From assembly GCA_963758635.1 (NCBI GenBank), contig CAVWWD010000003.1, positions 480,001 through 544,000 on the forward strand: a stretch of 64,000 bases of DNA. The letters run 5' to 3'. The notes beneath the pieces were generated by a model that saw only the letters and a list, made by a program, of their open reading frames with translations, searched no databases and had not been told where the DNA came from. The translations under genes and the position numbers were made by a program. Positions 43,992 to 55,822 of the stretch are shown in pieces. The stretch's first letter is position 1, and the number at the start of each line of letters is the position of its first letter. Origin of the DNA: an uncultured Candidatus Rokubacteria bacterium. Lineage in GTDB: Bacteria > Methylomirabilota > Methylomirabilia > Rokubacteriales > CSP1-6.

Positions 43992-45467
43992 ATGCCCGGC
44001 GAGGCCGTGCTGCGCACCGACGCCCTCACGCGTCACTTCGGAAGCCTGCTCGCGGTGGATCGGGTCTCGATCTCGATCCCGCGCGGCGAGCTGCGGTCGA
44101 TCATCGGACCCAACGGGGCGGGGAAGACCACGTTCTTCCGCCTGATCTCCGGCGAGATGGCGCCGTCGAGCGGGCGCATCTGGTTCGACGGGCGGGACAT
44201 CACGGGCCTGCCCCAGCACGCGGTGGCGCGGCTGGGCGTGGCCAAGTCCTACCAGATCACCAATATCTTCCCGCACCTCACCGTGCTCGAGAACGTCCGG
44301 GTGGCCGTGCAGGGCCCCGCCCGGGCCTTCGAGTTCTGGTCGCGCGCCGACCGCCTGGACGGGGTGCGCGCGCGCGCACAGGCGCTGCTGCGCACGGTGG
44401 GCCTCGGCGACAAGGCGGAGGTCCTCGCCGCGCACCTCTCGCACGGCGAGAAGCGGCACCTGGAGATCGGGATCGCGCTGGCGACCGAGCCCGCGCTGCT
44501 GCTCCTCGACGAGCCGACGGCGGGCATGAGCCCGGAGGAGACCGACGAGACGATGCTCCTGATCCGCGAGCTCGCCGCCGGCCGGACCGTCGTGCTGGTC
44601 GAGCACAAGATGAAGCTCGTCATGAAGATCTCCGACCGGATCACCGTGCTCCACCAGGGCCAGGTGCTCGCCGAGGGCACGCCCGACGAGATCCGGGCCA
44701 ACACGGCGGTGCAGCAGACCTACCTCGGCGCGTCGCGCTCGACCCGCATGCCGACCGGCGCCACGCTGCTCGCCGTCGAGGACGTGCACACGTACTACGG
44801 CGAGGCCCACATCCTCCAGGGCGTGTCGATCGCCGTGGGCGAGGGCGAGGTGGTCACGCTCATCGGGCGGAACGGGGCGGGCAAGACCACCACGCTCCGC
44901 TCGATCATGGGCATCGCCCGGCCCCGGCGGGGCACCGTGCGGTTCGGCGGCGTGGACCTGACCGGCCTCGAGACCCACGAGATCGTCCGCCGCGGGATCG
45001 CCTGGGTGCCCGAGGAGCGGCGGGTGCTGCCCAACCTCACGGTGCTCGACAACCTCCGGCTCGGCATCCTCGGCGCGGGCGTGAAGGACGGCGCGGACCG
45101 CCTCGAGGAGGCCTTCGAGCTCTTCCCGCGGCTGCGCGAGCGCATCGACCACCGGGGCCGGCAGCTCTCCGGCGGCGAGCAGCAGATGCTCGCCATCGCC
45201 CGCGGCCTCGTGGCGCGGCCGCGGCTGATGCTGGTCGACGAGCCCACCGAGGGCCTCGCCCCGCTGCTCGTGCAGAGCCTCACCGACGTGCTCCGGCGCA
45301 TCAACCAGAGCGGCACCACCATCCTGCTCGTGGAGCAGACGCTCGAGGTGGCGATGTCGCTCTCGCACCGCCTCTACGTGATGGACCAGGGCAAGATCCA
45401 GTTCGAGGGCAGCCCCGATACGCTGGCGAAGGACCCCACCGTCCAGCAGCGCTTCCTTGGCGTTTGA
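43992..45467 (+). CDS. Branched-chain amino acid ABC ATPases LivG and LivF in one frame (second ATG at 44748)
   Basis: GPNGAGKTT/LSHGE/DEPTAG followed by GRNGAGKTT/LSGGEQQM/DEPTEG. Confidence 0.9.
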   Translation: MPGEAVLRTDALTRHFGSLLAVDRVSISIPRGELRSIIGPNGAGKTTFFRLISGEMAPSSGRIWFDGRDITGLPQHAVARLGVAKSYQITNIFPHLTVLENVRVAVQGPARAFEFWSRADRLDGVRARAQALLRTVGLGDKAEVLAAHLSHGEKRHLEIGIALATEPALLLLDEPTAGMSPEETDETMLLIRELAAGRTVVLVEHKMKLVMKISDRITVLHQGQVLAEGTPDEIRANTAVQQTYLGASRSTRMPTGATLLAVEDVHTYYGEAHILQGVSIAVGEGEVVTLIGRNGAGKTTTLRSIMGIARPRRGTVRFGGVDLTGLETHEIVRRGIAWVPEERRVLPNLTVLDNLRLGILGAGVKDGADRLEEAFELFPRLRERIDHRGRQLSGGEQQMLAIARGLVARPRLMLVDEPTEGLAPLLVQSLTDVLRRINQSGTTILLVEQTLEVAMSLSHRLYVMDQGKIQFEGSPDTLAKDPTVQQRFLGV

Positions 45468-46848
45468 CCGCGGCGCGCTCGCCGCCGGCGCCTTCGCGCT
45501 GGCGGCGGTGGCCGTGGCCGTCGTTCCCACCCCCGCCGGCCTCACCCGCGAGGGCCAGATGGTGCTCGCGGTCGTCGTCTTCGCCATCGGGCTCTGGGCC
45601 ACCGGCACGATGGCCCCGGGCGTGACCGGGCTCCTCGTGGTGCTCGCCCTCACGCTGTCCGGCGGCGCGCCCAGCCTGGCCGTGGCGCTGTCGGGCTTCG
45701 CCGAGCCCGTGGCCTACTTCCTCGTGGGCGTGCTCACGCTGGGCCTCGCCGTCTCCAAGAGCGGCCTCGCCGACCGGATCGCGCGCTTCTCGCTGCGCCG
45801 CTCGCGCGGACGCCCGCGCGCGCTCTACGCGCAGATGCTGCTCACCTTCCCGCCGCTCACGCTGCTGCTCCCGTCGGCGACCACCCGCACCGCGATCATG
45901 GTCCACGTGTACGAGCAGGCGCTGTCGATCGCCGGCGTGGCGCGCGGCGCCCCGCTCGCCAAGGCGATCATGCTCGCGCTCAACTCGGTGAATCGCCTGG
46001 CGTCCACCGTGCTGCTCACCGGCGGCATCACGCCGGTGGTGGCCTCGGGGCTGATCGGCGGCATCTCGTGGACGCGCTGGTTCGTGCTGATGAGCGTGCC
46101 GTACCTGGCGCTGCTCGCCGCGGGCGCGGCCATCATCTACTTGCGCCACGCGCGGGGCTTCGGCGACGCGCTCGCGCTGGCCCCGCCCGGCGAGCGGACG
46201 CCGCTGACCGGCGTGGAGATCCGCACGCTCGTGATCACGCTCGGCGCCTCGCTCCTCTGGCTCACCGACGCCTGGCACCACTGGCACCCCGCCATCCCCG
46301 CGCTCCTCGCCTGGGTGGCGCTCCTCGCCCCGGGCATCGGCGTGCTCACGTGGAGCGAGTTCGAGCGCGGGCTCGGCTGGGCCAACCTGTTCGTGCTCGC
46401 CGCCTCGCTCTCGCTGGCCCAGGCCATGATCCGGAGCGGCGCGGGCGCGTGGCTCGCCGGCCTCATCCTGCGCGAAGCGCCCGCACTGGCCGCCGAGCCG
46501 CTGCTCCTCGTGGTGACGCTCCTCGTGTCCGCGGCCGGCATGCGCATGGTCATCCCGAACATCACCGGCTTCCTCGCCCTGACCATCCCGGTGGCGATGG
46601 CGCTCGGGCAGGGGGCCGGGCTCAACCCGACGGCGTGCGGGCTCCTGGTGATGATCGCGGGCGACGCCGTGCTCTACTACCCGGCCCAGAGCGCGTCGTC
46701 GCTCGTGGTGTACGAGCGCGGCCACCTCACCGCGCCGGAGATCTTCAGCTTCGGCATCTGGATGACGCTGATCGCCTTCGGCGTGGTCCTCGGCGTGGCG
46801 CTGCCGTACTGGGCGCTGGTCGGCGAGCCGCTCGTCGTGCCGCGATGA
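45457..46848 (+). CDS. SLC13/DASS family permease
   Basis: KSGLADRIA; LLPSATTR; LWLTD..H; W..LFVLA; many TM segments. Confidence 0.8.
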   Translation: MAFDRGALAAGAFALAAVAVAVVPTPAGLTREGQMVLAVVVFAIGLWATGTMAPGVTGLLVVLALTLSGGAPSLAVALSGFAEPVAYFLVGVLTLGLAVSKSGLADRIARFSLRRSRGRPRALYAQMLLTFPPLTLLLPSATTRTAIMVHVYEQALSIAGVARGAPLAKAIMLALNSVNRLASTVLLTGGITPVVASGLIGGISWTRWFVLMSVPYLALLAAGAAIIYLRHARGFGDALALAPPGERTPLTGVEIRTLVITLGASLLWLTDAWHHWHPAIPALLAWVALLAPGIGVLTWSEFERGLGWANLFVLAASLSLAQAMIRSGAGAWLAGLILREAPALAAEPLLLVVTLLVSAAGMRMVIPNITGFLALTIPVAMALGQGAGLNPTACGLLVMIAGDAVLYYPAQSASSLVVYERGHLTAPEIFSFGIWMTLIAFGVVLGVALPYWALVGEPLVVPR

Positions 46849-46973
46849 CCATCCGCCCCTGAACGTCGCGGGCAGCGCTTGACGCAGTCCGTCGCGCCGG
46901 CCCATGATCGACGCGGCCATCCCGAGAGGCCTGACTCACCCGCGCGATCCCTCGTCGTCACGGGAGACCTTCC

Positions 46974-49900
46974 ATGGTGACGCTCCAGCTCTCCGGCATC
47001 CCCGATCCCCGGCCCGAAGCGTCCGAGCTCGGTCGCGGCCTGCCCGCGGGGGCGGTCACGGTCAAGCACGCCGCGCGTCTCGATCCCGCCCGGGCGGGGG
47101 CCCCGGCTGCGCCTCGACCGTGTCGAGCCGGACGACGTCGTCGAGATCGAGCTCGAGGACGGGCTGCGTCTCTGGAGCCGGGTGGAAGACCTCCAGCGGG
47201 ACTTCGCCTCCCCGCTCGCGCGGCACGGCCGATGTGATCGACCTGCCGGCATACCTGCCCCTCGGCGGGCCCAGTCGCGGCCTCGCCGGCTGGGCGATCA
47301 AGGGGCTGAAGGTCATCGGCATCAACGTCACGAAGGGGATCGCCCGGTTCGTGGCCGATCACGTCGAGGGCAAGCTCCGAGCCCGGTCCCGGACTCTACC
47401 GCTGCTCGGAGGGGAGCGCGGAGCGACTGACGCCGGCGCGCAGCATCGCTGGCGGCCGGTCCGACCCTCGTGTTCCTCCACGGGACCGCCTCCTCCACGG
47501 CCGGCAGCTTCGGAGGGCTGTGGGCGGAGAGCGCGGGTGCCCCCGTCCGTCAGCTCTTCGCGCGCTACGAGGGGCGCGTGCTCGCGCTGCAGCACGAGAG
47601 CGCTCACGAAGAGCCCCATCGACAACGCCGTGGTCCTCGTGGAGCGGCTCCTCGCCGTGCTCGGCAAGGGCGCGGAGGTCCACCTGGTCTCGCACTCGCG
47701 CGGCGGGCTCGTCGGCGAGCTGCTCGCGCGCGGGATGCGAAAGGGCAGCGCGCCGTTCACGCCCGACGATCTCCGCCTCTTCGCCGGGCGCAAGCCGGAC
47801 CAGGACGCGCTCAGAGAGCTGGGGCGCCTGCTCGAGCGGGCCGAGCTCCGGGTCACGAGGTTCGTGCGCGTGGCGTGTCCCGCGCGCGGGACGACGCTGG
47901 CCGGGGGCCGCCTCGACCGCTACGTGTCGATCCTCGTCAACCTGGCCTCGCTGGTCCCCGGGCTCGCGGCGAGCACGGTCTACGACGGGCTCACGAGCCT
48001 GCTCGCCGGCGTGCTGAAGGAGCGCACCGGCCGGAGACGCTGCCGGGGCTCGAGGCCATGATGCCGGAGTCGCCGCTGGTGCGGATGCTGAACCGGCCCG
48101 GCGTCGAGACCGACGCCGACCTCCACGTGCTGGGCGGCGACCTCGAGGGCGCCGGCATCATCGGGCGGCTGAAGACGCTCGTCACCGACCTCTACTACCG
48201 CGAGGACCACGACCTGGTCGTGAACACGCCGGCCATGCTGGGCGGCACCGAGCGCGTGGCGCCGATCCGGTACTGGATCGACACGGGCCCCGACGTGACG
48301 CACTTCAACTACTTCGCGCGCAAGGACACGGCGAGCCGCCTGCGTCGCTGCGCTCGACGGCGGCGGCGCCGACTTCCACGACGCTCGAGGTCAAGCCGTT
48401 CCAGGTCACCGCGGACGACTATCGCAAGCGCGCGCCCGTCGCCCAGCCCGTCGTCTTCGTGCGTGCCCGGCATCATGGGCTCGGCGCTGTCCGTGGCCGG
48501 CGCGTCGATCTGGATGGAGGTGCTGGCCCTCGCGCGCGGCGGGCTCTCCCGGCTGGCCATGGACGCCCGCGGCGTCGAGGCCACCGGCCTCGCTGGAGAG
48601 CGGCTACGCCGCGCTGTGCGAGTACCTCTCGGCGAGCCACGACGTGATCCCGTTCCCGTATGACTGGCGCCAGTCCCTCGACGTGTCGCGCGGAGCGCTC
48701 TGCGCAAGGCGATCGAGGCGCGCCTGCCCAGGCGGAGAGCGAGGAGCCAGCCGATCCGCCTCCTCGCCCACTCGATGGGCGGTCTGGTGGTCCGCGCCAT
48801 GCTGGCGACGCGGGCGGGGCAGGCCACGTGGGAGCGCATGTGCAAGCAGCCCGGCGCCCGCTTCGTGATGCTCGGGACGCCCAACGGCGGCTCGCACGCG
48901 ATCGCCGCCATGCTCATGGGCCGCGACGCGCTGGTGAAGAAGCTCGCGCTGGTCGATCTCACGAACGACCACGCGGTCGCTGATCGAGACCATCGCAGGC
49001 TTCGACGGCGTGCTCGAACCTGCTGCCGTACGCGGGCACGCTCGACCTCTACCAGCCGGCGGGCTGGCAGACGCTGCTACGGAAGCAACGTCCCCTCCGA
49101 GCCGGGGCCTGTTCGGCGGGGAGCGTGGCCTCGACCAAGTCCGCGGGCTTCGCCTGGATGCGTGCCGGCCACGGCGGCCCTGACCCGCGCGCGCCGCATC
49201 CGCGACCTCGTCGCGCAGAGCCCCCTCGACCCGTCGCGGACGGTGTACGTGGCGGGCGTGGCTGACGAGACGGCGGTCGACGTGGTCGTGGACACGGCGG
49301 CCAAGGAGGGACGCCGGGTGAAGGTGCTCGCCTCCGAGTACGGCGACGGGCGCGTGCCCTGGAGCACCGGCATCCCCGCCGGGATCCGCACCTTCTACAT
49401 GGACGCCGTGCACGGCGACCTCGCGAACACGCGCGAGGCCTTCCCGGCCTCTGCCGACCTGCTCGGCGCCGGCACGACGGCGAAGCTGGCCACCACGCCG
49501 CCGCAGCGGCGCGCCGCCGCCGGCGTGACCGTGGAGCTTCACGAGCCGCTGGCGGACATGGTGCCCGACCGCGAGGAGCTGGTCGTTGAGCGCGCTGGGC
49601 GGGCGGCGCCGGCGGCCGCCGCGGCGGGACGCGCGACGCCGCGTCCACGTGCAGGTCGTCCACGACAGCCTGATCAACGCCACATCGCCGATGCTGGTCG
49701 GGCCACTACGAGAACGACGTGATCGTGGCCGCGGAGCGGGTCCTGAACGCGCCGGCTCGACGGGCGGCTCTCCGAGCTCCACCGGATGGAGCTCTACCCG
49801 GGCCCCGTCGGCAGCGCGGTGGCGGTGCTCAACGACGACGCGCCGGGAGCGGCATATCCCGGCGCCATCATCGCGGGGTTGGGGACCGTGGGCGAGCTCA

Positions 49901-52356
49901 CGCCCGGCCAGCTCGCTCGCGCCCTCGCGCAGGCCCTGACCACGTACGGCGCCGAGCGCGTCGGCCGGGAGCGGCGGCGGCGGCAGCGCGGCGGGCAGGA
50001 CGGGCGGCGGCGACGGGGAGTTCGGCGTGCCGGTGAGCGCGGTCCTGGTCGGCTCGGGCGAGGCCGGCGTGAGCTTGAAGGACGCCATGCAGGCGCTCCT
50101 GCGCGGCGTGAGGATCGCCAACGACCGGCTCCGCGCTCCCCCGCCGAGGCGCGCGCCGGCACGGAGGCGGCGACCATCACGGCCCAGATCGACCAGGTGC
50201 GGATCTTCGAGCTGTTCGAGGACCGCGCGATCGACGCCGTCTACGCGCTCAAGAACCTCTCGCGCGCCGCCGACCTCGAGGAGTTCGTGTTCGCCGAGCA
50301 CCTGGAGGTCGGGCCGGAGGGAATCCGCCGCGTCCGGGGGGACGACACCTCCGAGTGGTGGCAGCGCGTCCGCGTCACGAGCGAGGACGGCGCCCTCAGG
50401 TTCGAGGCCCTCACGCAACCTCGCGCGGGCCGAGGCGCGCCTGCTGCCGACGCAGCGTCGCGGTCGTCGACGGATTCGTCGGCGCGCCATCGCCTCCACC
50501 GGCTTCGATCCCAGCCTGGGCCCCACCCTCTTCGAGCTGCTCGTGCCGAACGACTTCAAGACGTTCGCTCCCGATCGCCGCAACCTGGTCCTGCTCCTGA
50601 ACTCGGGCGCGGCGACCCTGCCGTGGGAGCTGCTGCACGACCGCTACGACCGAGCGGGGCGTCCCATGGCCGTGGCCAGCGGCATGGTCCGGCAGCTCCT
50701 CGACGCCCGCGGGCGCGTTCAGCGTGGCGCGGGCGCCCGGCCGCACCGCGCTCGTCGTCGGCAACCCCCAGGTGGCCGACCCGAGGTTTCCGCTCGCTGC
50801 CCGGCGCGGCCGAGGAAGCCCGGACCGTGGCGCGATGCTCCAGGATCAGGGCTACGAGGTCCTGTCGCTCGTCGAGGACTCGGCGCAGCCGATGGCCGTG
50901 CTCGCGGCGCTCCACGAGCAGCCCTGGCGGGTGCTGCACCTCGCCGCCCACGGCGTCTTCGAATTCGAGCTGACCCCGGGCGAGCCGAAGGCCACGGGCC
51001 TCGTGCTCGACGACGGCATCGTGCTCGGAGCATCCGAGGCCGAGCAGATGCGCTACGTGCCCGAGGTCGTCTTCATCAACTGCTGCCACCTCGGCCAGAC
51101 GGAGGGGAGACGCGCCCGCCCACGGCGTTCCCCGACCTCGCCGCCAACCTGGCGACGCAGTTCATCCGGATGGGCGCGCGCGTGGTCGTGGCGGCGGGCT
51201 GGGCCGTGGACGACGCGGCCGCGCAGACGTTCGCCCGCGTCGTTCTACGAGGAGATGTTCGCGGGGAGCCCATTCGGCGAGGCCGTCGTGCGGGCTCGCG
51301 AGCGCGTGTTCACCGGCGCACGGCGCCAGCAACACGTGGGGGGCCTACCAGTGCTACGGCGACCCGCAGTTCTCGCTGCAGGCGGCCGAGACCCGGCGGA
51401 CCGCGGAGGCGTTCGTGGCTGCCGCCGAGGTCGCCGTCTTCGCCGAGGGCGTGAGCCGGGCCGCCCGCTCGGCGGACGGGCCGGCGCGCGAGGCGAGGCT
51501 CCTCGAGCTCAAGAACGCCGTGGGCACCGTGCCCGAGGCGTGGTGGCGGCGGTCCTCGGCGCTGTGCGCGGCGGTGGCCCAGGCGTTCGGCGACCTCGAC
51601 GACTTCGCCCAGGCCGACCAGTACTTCTCGCGCATGGCCGCGTCCGACCGGGCCGACGCTCCGATGTCCGCGCTCGAGCAGCTCTCGAACATCCGCGTAC
51701 GCCACGCCGCCGCGCTGGCCGGGGAGGATCCGCGCAAGGTACGCGAGGCGCTTCGCCTCCTGCGTGAGACGGAGAGGGTGCTCGGGAACCTCGTGGCCAT
51801 CGGCGCCAGCTCCGAGCGCTACTCGTTGCTGGGCAGCCTGTACAAGCGCCGGGCCATCCTCGTCCGCGGCCGGGCCCGCCGGGCCGCGCTGGAGGAGATG
51901 CAGCGGGCCTATGCCCGGGCATTCGACCTCGCCGGCCGCGACGATTCCTCCGTCCGCGCCTATGCCCTCGGCAACCGGCTGGCCTCGGACGTGATCCTGG
52001 GCTGGAGCGGCCGGGGGCGACGAGGGGGCGACGAGCTCCGGAAGGGGCTGCGCACGTATGCGGAGATCGCCGAGGAGCTGCGGCGCAAGAGCACCGCCTT
52101 CTTCGAGCTCGCGGCCACCGCCGATTACCTCCTCCTCTCGGAGCTGGCCAAGGGCGCGCTCTCGACGGCGGCCCGCCGGCGGGTCCAGGAGGCGTTCGTG
52201 CAGGCGGGCCTTCGCGGCGTGGTGCCGCGCCACCGCGCGTCGTTCCGCGACCAGCTGGGCTTCTACGCGGCGATGAGCGTCACCGAGCTGCGAGGCGCGC
52301 GCGGCCGGGCCCTGAAGGCTTCCCTGGACGAGCTGGCCTCCGCCTTCGCCGACTGA
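46974..52356 (+). CDS. Large protein: two alpha/beta-hydrolase (lipase-like) domains, CHAT peptidase and TPR-like tail; many frameshifts
   Basis: FLHGTASS; VSHSRGG; PGIMGS; PYDWRQ; LAHSMGG; GTPNGGS; GDGRVPW; LPWELL; LHLAAHG; FINCCHLG; AGWAVDD; YQCYGDP. Confidence 0.8.
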
Positions 52357-52428
52357 CCAAGGCCCGACCGCACCCCCAGCGGCCGTCGACGACCGAGTGG
52401 TGTCTCGGTTGCGAATGGAACCGTCGTT

Positions 52429-52550
52429 CCCTCTCCCCTCTCTGGGGAGAGGGCAGGGCGAGGGGCGGTCGGTACCGCGCACGCGGAACGTCTGGCCGCG
52501 AGGTAGTGCTGCCGACCCTCACCCCGGCCCTCTCCCTCGAAGGGAGAGGG
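52429..52550. repeat. REP-like pair (CCCTCTCCC..GGGAGAGGG family)
   Basis: Units at 52429-52465 and 52516-52550 in opposite orientation. Confidence 0.75.
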
Positions 52551-52687
52551 AGAGAGGCGAGCATCGGCGCCTCAAACTGCGACACGACCGATGATCGCCG
52601 TCGGTTGACACCCCCGGAAGGTGGGCCGCATAGTTTCGGGGCATGGCACGGGCGGCCGGCGAGGTCGGGCGGGAGGGCGGCCGGGAG

Positions 52688-52951
52688 ATGATCGGCGTGA
52701 GCGTCACGCTCTTCGCCGACATGCGCCGGTACCTGCCGCCCGGCGTGGACGGCCCGCACCGGCGGGTCGTGCCCGCGGGGTCGACGGTGGCCGAGCTGCT
52801 TGAGGTCATCGGCATCCCCGCGGACGCCGACATCACCGTGGGCGTGGACGGCGAGCTGGCCGACCGCGCCACGCCGCTCCGCGACGGCGCCAACGTCATG
52901 GTGCTGAGCCCGATGGAAGGCGGATGCGTTCCCCCCTGGGTGATCGAATGA
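52688..52951 (+). CDS. MoaD/ThiS family protein with an 8-aa extension after Gly-Gly
   Basis: VTLFADMRRY; TVAELL; LRDGA; SPMEGG-CVPPWVIE. Confidence 0.85.
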   Translation: MIGVSVTLFADMRRYLPPGVDGPHRRVVPAGSTVAELLEVIGIPADADITVGVDGELADRATPLRDGANVMVLSPMEGGCVPPWVIE

Positions 52952-53920
52952 TGCAGCGGCGCGCGTTCCTTGCCGGGCTGGGTTCTGTGCTCGCGGGCCC
53001 GCTCGCTGCCACGGCGCAGCAGCCCGCCGGCAAGGTGCCCCACGTCGGGCTCCTGGGCCGCGGCGAGACGCCCTTTGTGACCTTCTTTCGCCAACGCTTG
53101 CGGGACCGCGGCTACGCGGAGGGCCGTACCGTCACCATCACGCACCGCTGGGACGAGGGAAACGACGAGCGCCGCCTGACGGACCTGGCCGCCGACCTGG
53201 TGCGTCTGAAGGTCGACGTGATCGTCGCATGCACCGCTCCGGCTAGCCGCGCCGCCAAAGCGGCGACTGCGACCATCCCCGTGGTCTTCATCGTTGTACT
53301 TTGCGCGATTTCGGTCTCACTTCGGCCCTTGCGCATCCCGCTTCAAACCTTACAGGCTTCACGCTAGCCGACGACGGGATTACGGGAAAGCAATTGCAGC
53401 TCCTCAAGGAGATGGTGCCGACAGCGACCCACGTCGCGCTCCTCATGCGACCGGGCTTGGTGAACCACGAGTACTCTCTTCCCGAGAGCGTGGCTGCCGC
53501 CAAGCAGTTGAACCTTCGGGCTCCTCGTCCTCAAGGCGATCACCGCCGAAGAGATCGAACGTGCATTCACGACAGCCGTTAACGCCCGCGTCGACGCCAT
53601 ACATGTTTACGGTCATTCCGATTTCGGTGCGGACGGCTCGCGGATTCCGGCCCTCGCCTTGAGCCTAAGACTCCCCTCGATGTCCTACCTCACCACATAT
53701 GCGGAGAGCGGCGGACTGATGACGTATGGCCGAGTCTCGGGGGATTATCCGTGGCATGGCCGACTACGTCGACCGGATCCTCAAGGGAGCACGCCCCAGC
53801 GATCTCCCTATTGAGCAGGCGACCGAGTACGATCTCGTCATCAATCTGCGAACGGCCAAAGAGCTTGGCCTCCAGGTCCCGGCGTCGTTGCAGGCGCGGG
53901 CCACAAGGATCATCGAATGA
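52948..53920 (+). CDS. ABC transporter substrate-binding protein (PF04392-like), lower GC, frameshifted
   Basis: MQRRAFLAGL; LAADLVRLKVDVIV; ATATIPVVF; KQLQLLKE; DRILKGARPSDLPIEQ..INLRTAKELG..RIIE. Confidence 0.88.
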
Positions 53921-53927
53921 TGGGCTC

Positions 53928-53953
53928 TGGACTTGCCAGATTTGGTGGACACC
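53928..53953 (+). mobile_element. Possible orphan IS3-family-like terminal inverted repeat
   Basis: TGGACTTGCCAGATTTGGTGGACACC resembles IS3-type ends (TG..GTGGACAC); no transposase nearby. Confidence 0.3.
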
Positions 53954-53980
53954 CGTTCTCTTGGCTACCGAGGAGACCTC

Positions 53981-55792
53981 ATGAGCCGATTCGGATACTG
54001 GAACAAGATCCTCCACGTCGAGCTGGGCGATCACACCACGTGGATCGAGGAGCCGGGCGACGAGTTCTACCGGCGCTACGGCGGCGGGCGCGGCCTCATC
54101 GGCCACTACCTGCTCAAGTACGTGCCCACCGGCGCCGACCCGCTCGGGCCCGACAACATCCTCGTCATCGCGCCCGGCGTGGTGACGGGCGCCGCCGTGC
54201 CGGGCGCGGGCCGCCACAGCGTGGGCGCCAAGTCGCCGCTGACCGGCGGCTTTGGCGAGTCCGAGTCGGGCGGCTTCTGGGGCGCCGAGCTGAAGCGGGC
54301 GGGCTGGGACGCGATCGTCTTCCACGGCGTGTCGCCGACGCCGGTGTACCTCTGGATCAACGACGGCGCGGTGGAGCTGCGGGACGCCGCCCACCTCTGG
54401 GGCCGGATCACCGGCGAGGTCGAGGAGGCCATCCTCGAGGAGCTGGGGGACCCGCGCATCCGCGTGGCCCAGATCGGGCCGGCGGGCGAGAATCTCGTCC
54501 GCTTCGCCTGCATCGCCAACGACCTGAACGAGGTGGCCGGCCGCACCGGCATGGGCGCGGTGATGGGCAGCAAGCGCCTCAAGGCCATCGCGTGCGCGGG
54601 AAGATGCCGGTGAAGGTGGCCGACCAGAAGGGGCTCACGGCGACGGCGAAGTGGGTGTCCTCCACGATGGACCAGAACCACCGCGCCTTCCACGAGTTCG
54701 GCACCGGCGCCGCCATGCAGGGCAAGAGCCTGGAGGGCGGCATGCCGACGCTGAACTACCGGCTCGGCGCCTTCGAGCAGACGGCGAAGGTGGACGCCAT
54801 CGCGGTGCGCGATCAGATGCGGGTGGAGATGAAGGCGTGCTACGCGTGCTCGGTGCGCTGCAAGAAGGTGGTGCACATCGAGAAGAAGGAGGAGCGGCCG
54901 CGCGAGCGTATCGGAGAGCCGCTACGGGGGCAAGGCGCAGGTGGCCTTCGATCCCCTGGGCCGCTACAGCGTGGACCCGAAGTACGGCGGGCCCGAGTAC
55001 GAGTCGCTGGCCGCCCTGGGCGTCAACCTCGGGCTCGAGGACCTCATCGCCATCTGCAAGTCGAACGAGATGTGCAACTACCTCGGCGATGGACACGGTG
55101 TCGCTCGGCTCCACGCTGGCGTGGGCCATGGAGTGCTTCGAGCGCGGCCTCCTCACGCTGCGAGGACACGGGCGGCGTGCCGCTCCGCTTCCGCGACGCC
55201 GACGGCGTGGTGAAGCTCATCGAGATGATCGCGTACCGGCGGGGCGTGGGGGACCTCCTCGCCGAGGGCTCCCGGCGCGCGGCGCAGCGCCTCGGACGTG
55301 GCTCCGAGGCCTACCTGACCACGGTGAAGGGCATGGAGATGGCGATGCACGACCCGCGGCACATGCCGGTCATGCGCGCCTCGTACCTGCTGGCCCCGAC
55401 GGGCGGCGACCACATGCGCCAGACCGGGAACCGCAACGGCCATCGCAACCAGGTCGGCACTGTGCCATTTCCTGGCGTACGACGACCAGCAGTCGCTCGA
55501 CATCCTGAACGCCGTCACGGGCTGGGGCGCCACGGCCGAGGAGATGGTGACCCAGGCGCATCGTGGGCTCACGCTCGCGCGCTTGTTCAACATGCGCGAG
55601 GGATTCACCCGCGCCGACGACGCGCTGCCGCCGCGCTTCGCCGAGGCACTGCCCAAGCACGCCGGGCTCACCGGGGAGCAGCTCGACAAGATCGTCACCG
55701 ACTACTACGTCGAGCAGGGCTGGGACCCGATCACGGGCGCGCCCACCGCGGAGACCATCCGCGCGCTCGACCTCGAGGCCGACGTGAGGTAG
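53981..55792 (+). CDS. Aldehyde ferredoxin oxidoreductase family protein; several frameshifts
   Basis: YGGGRG; KSPLTGG; AELKRAGWDAI; IGPAGEN; GRTGMGAVMGSKRLKAI; CYACSVRC; GPEYES; RLFNMREG. Confidence 0.92.
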
Positions 55793-55822
55793 AGCACCAC
55801 CTCAGGGACGGGGCCAAGGGCA

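Noticed and set aside
44720..44750. Natural LivG-LivF fusion
   Set aside because: Junction reads CGC-TCGA-CCCGC-ATG; removing one C gives CGC-TGA, so a sequencing insertion is at least as likely.
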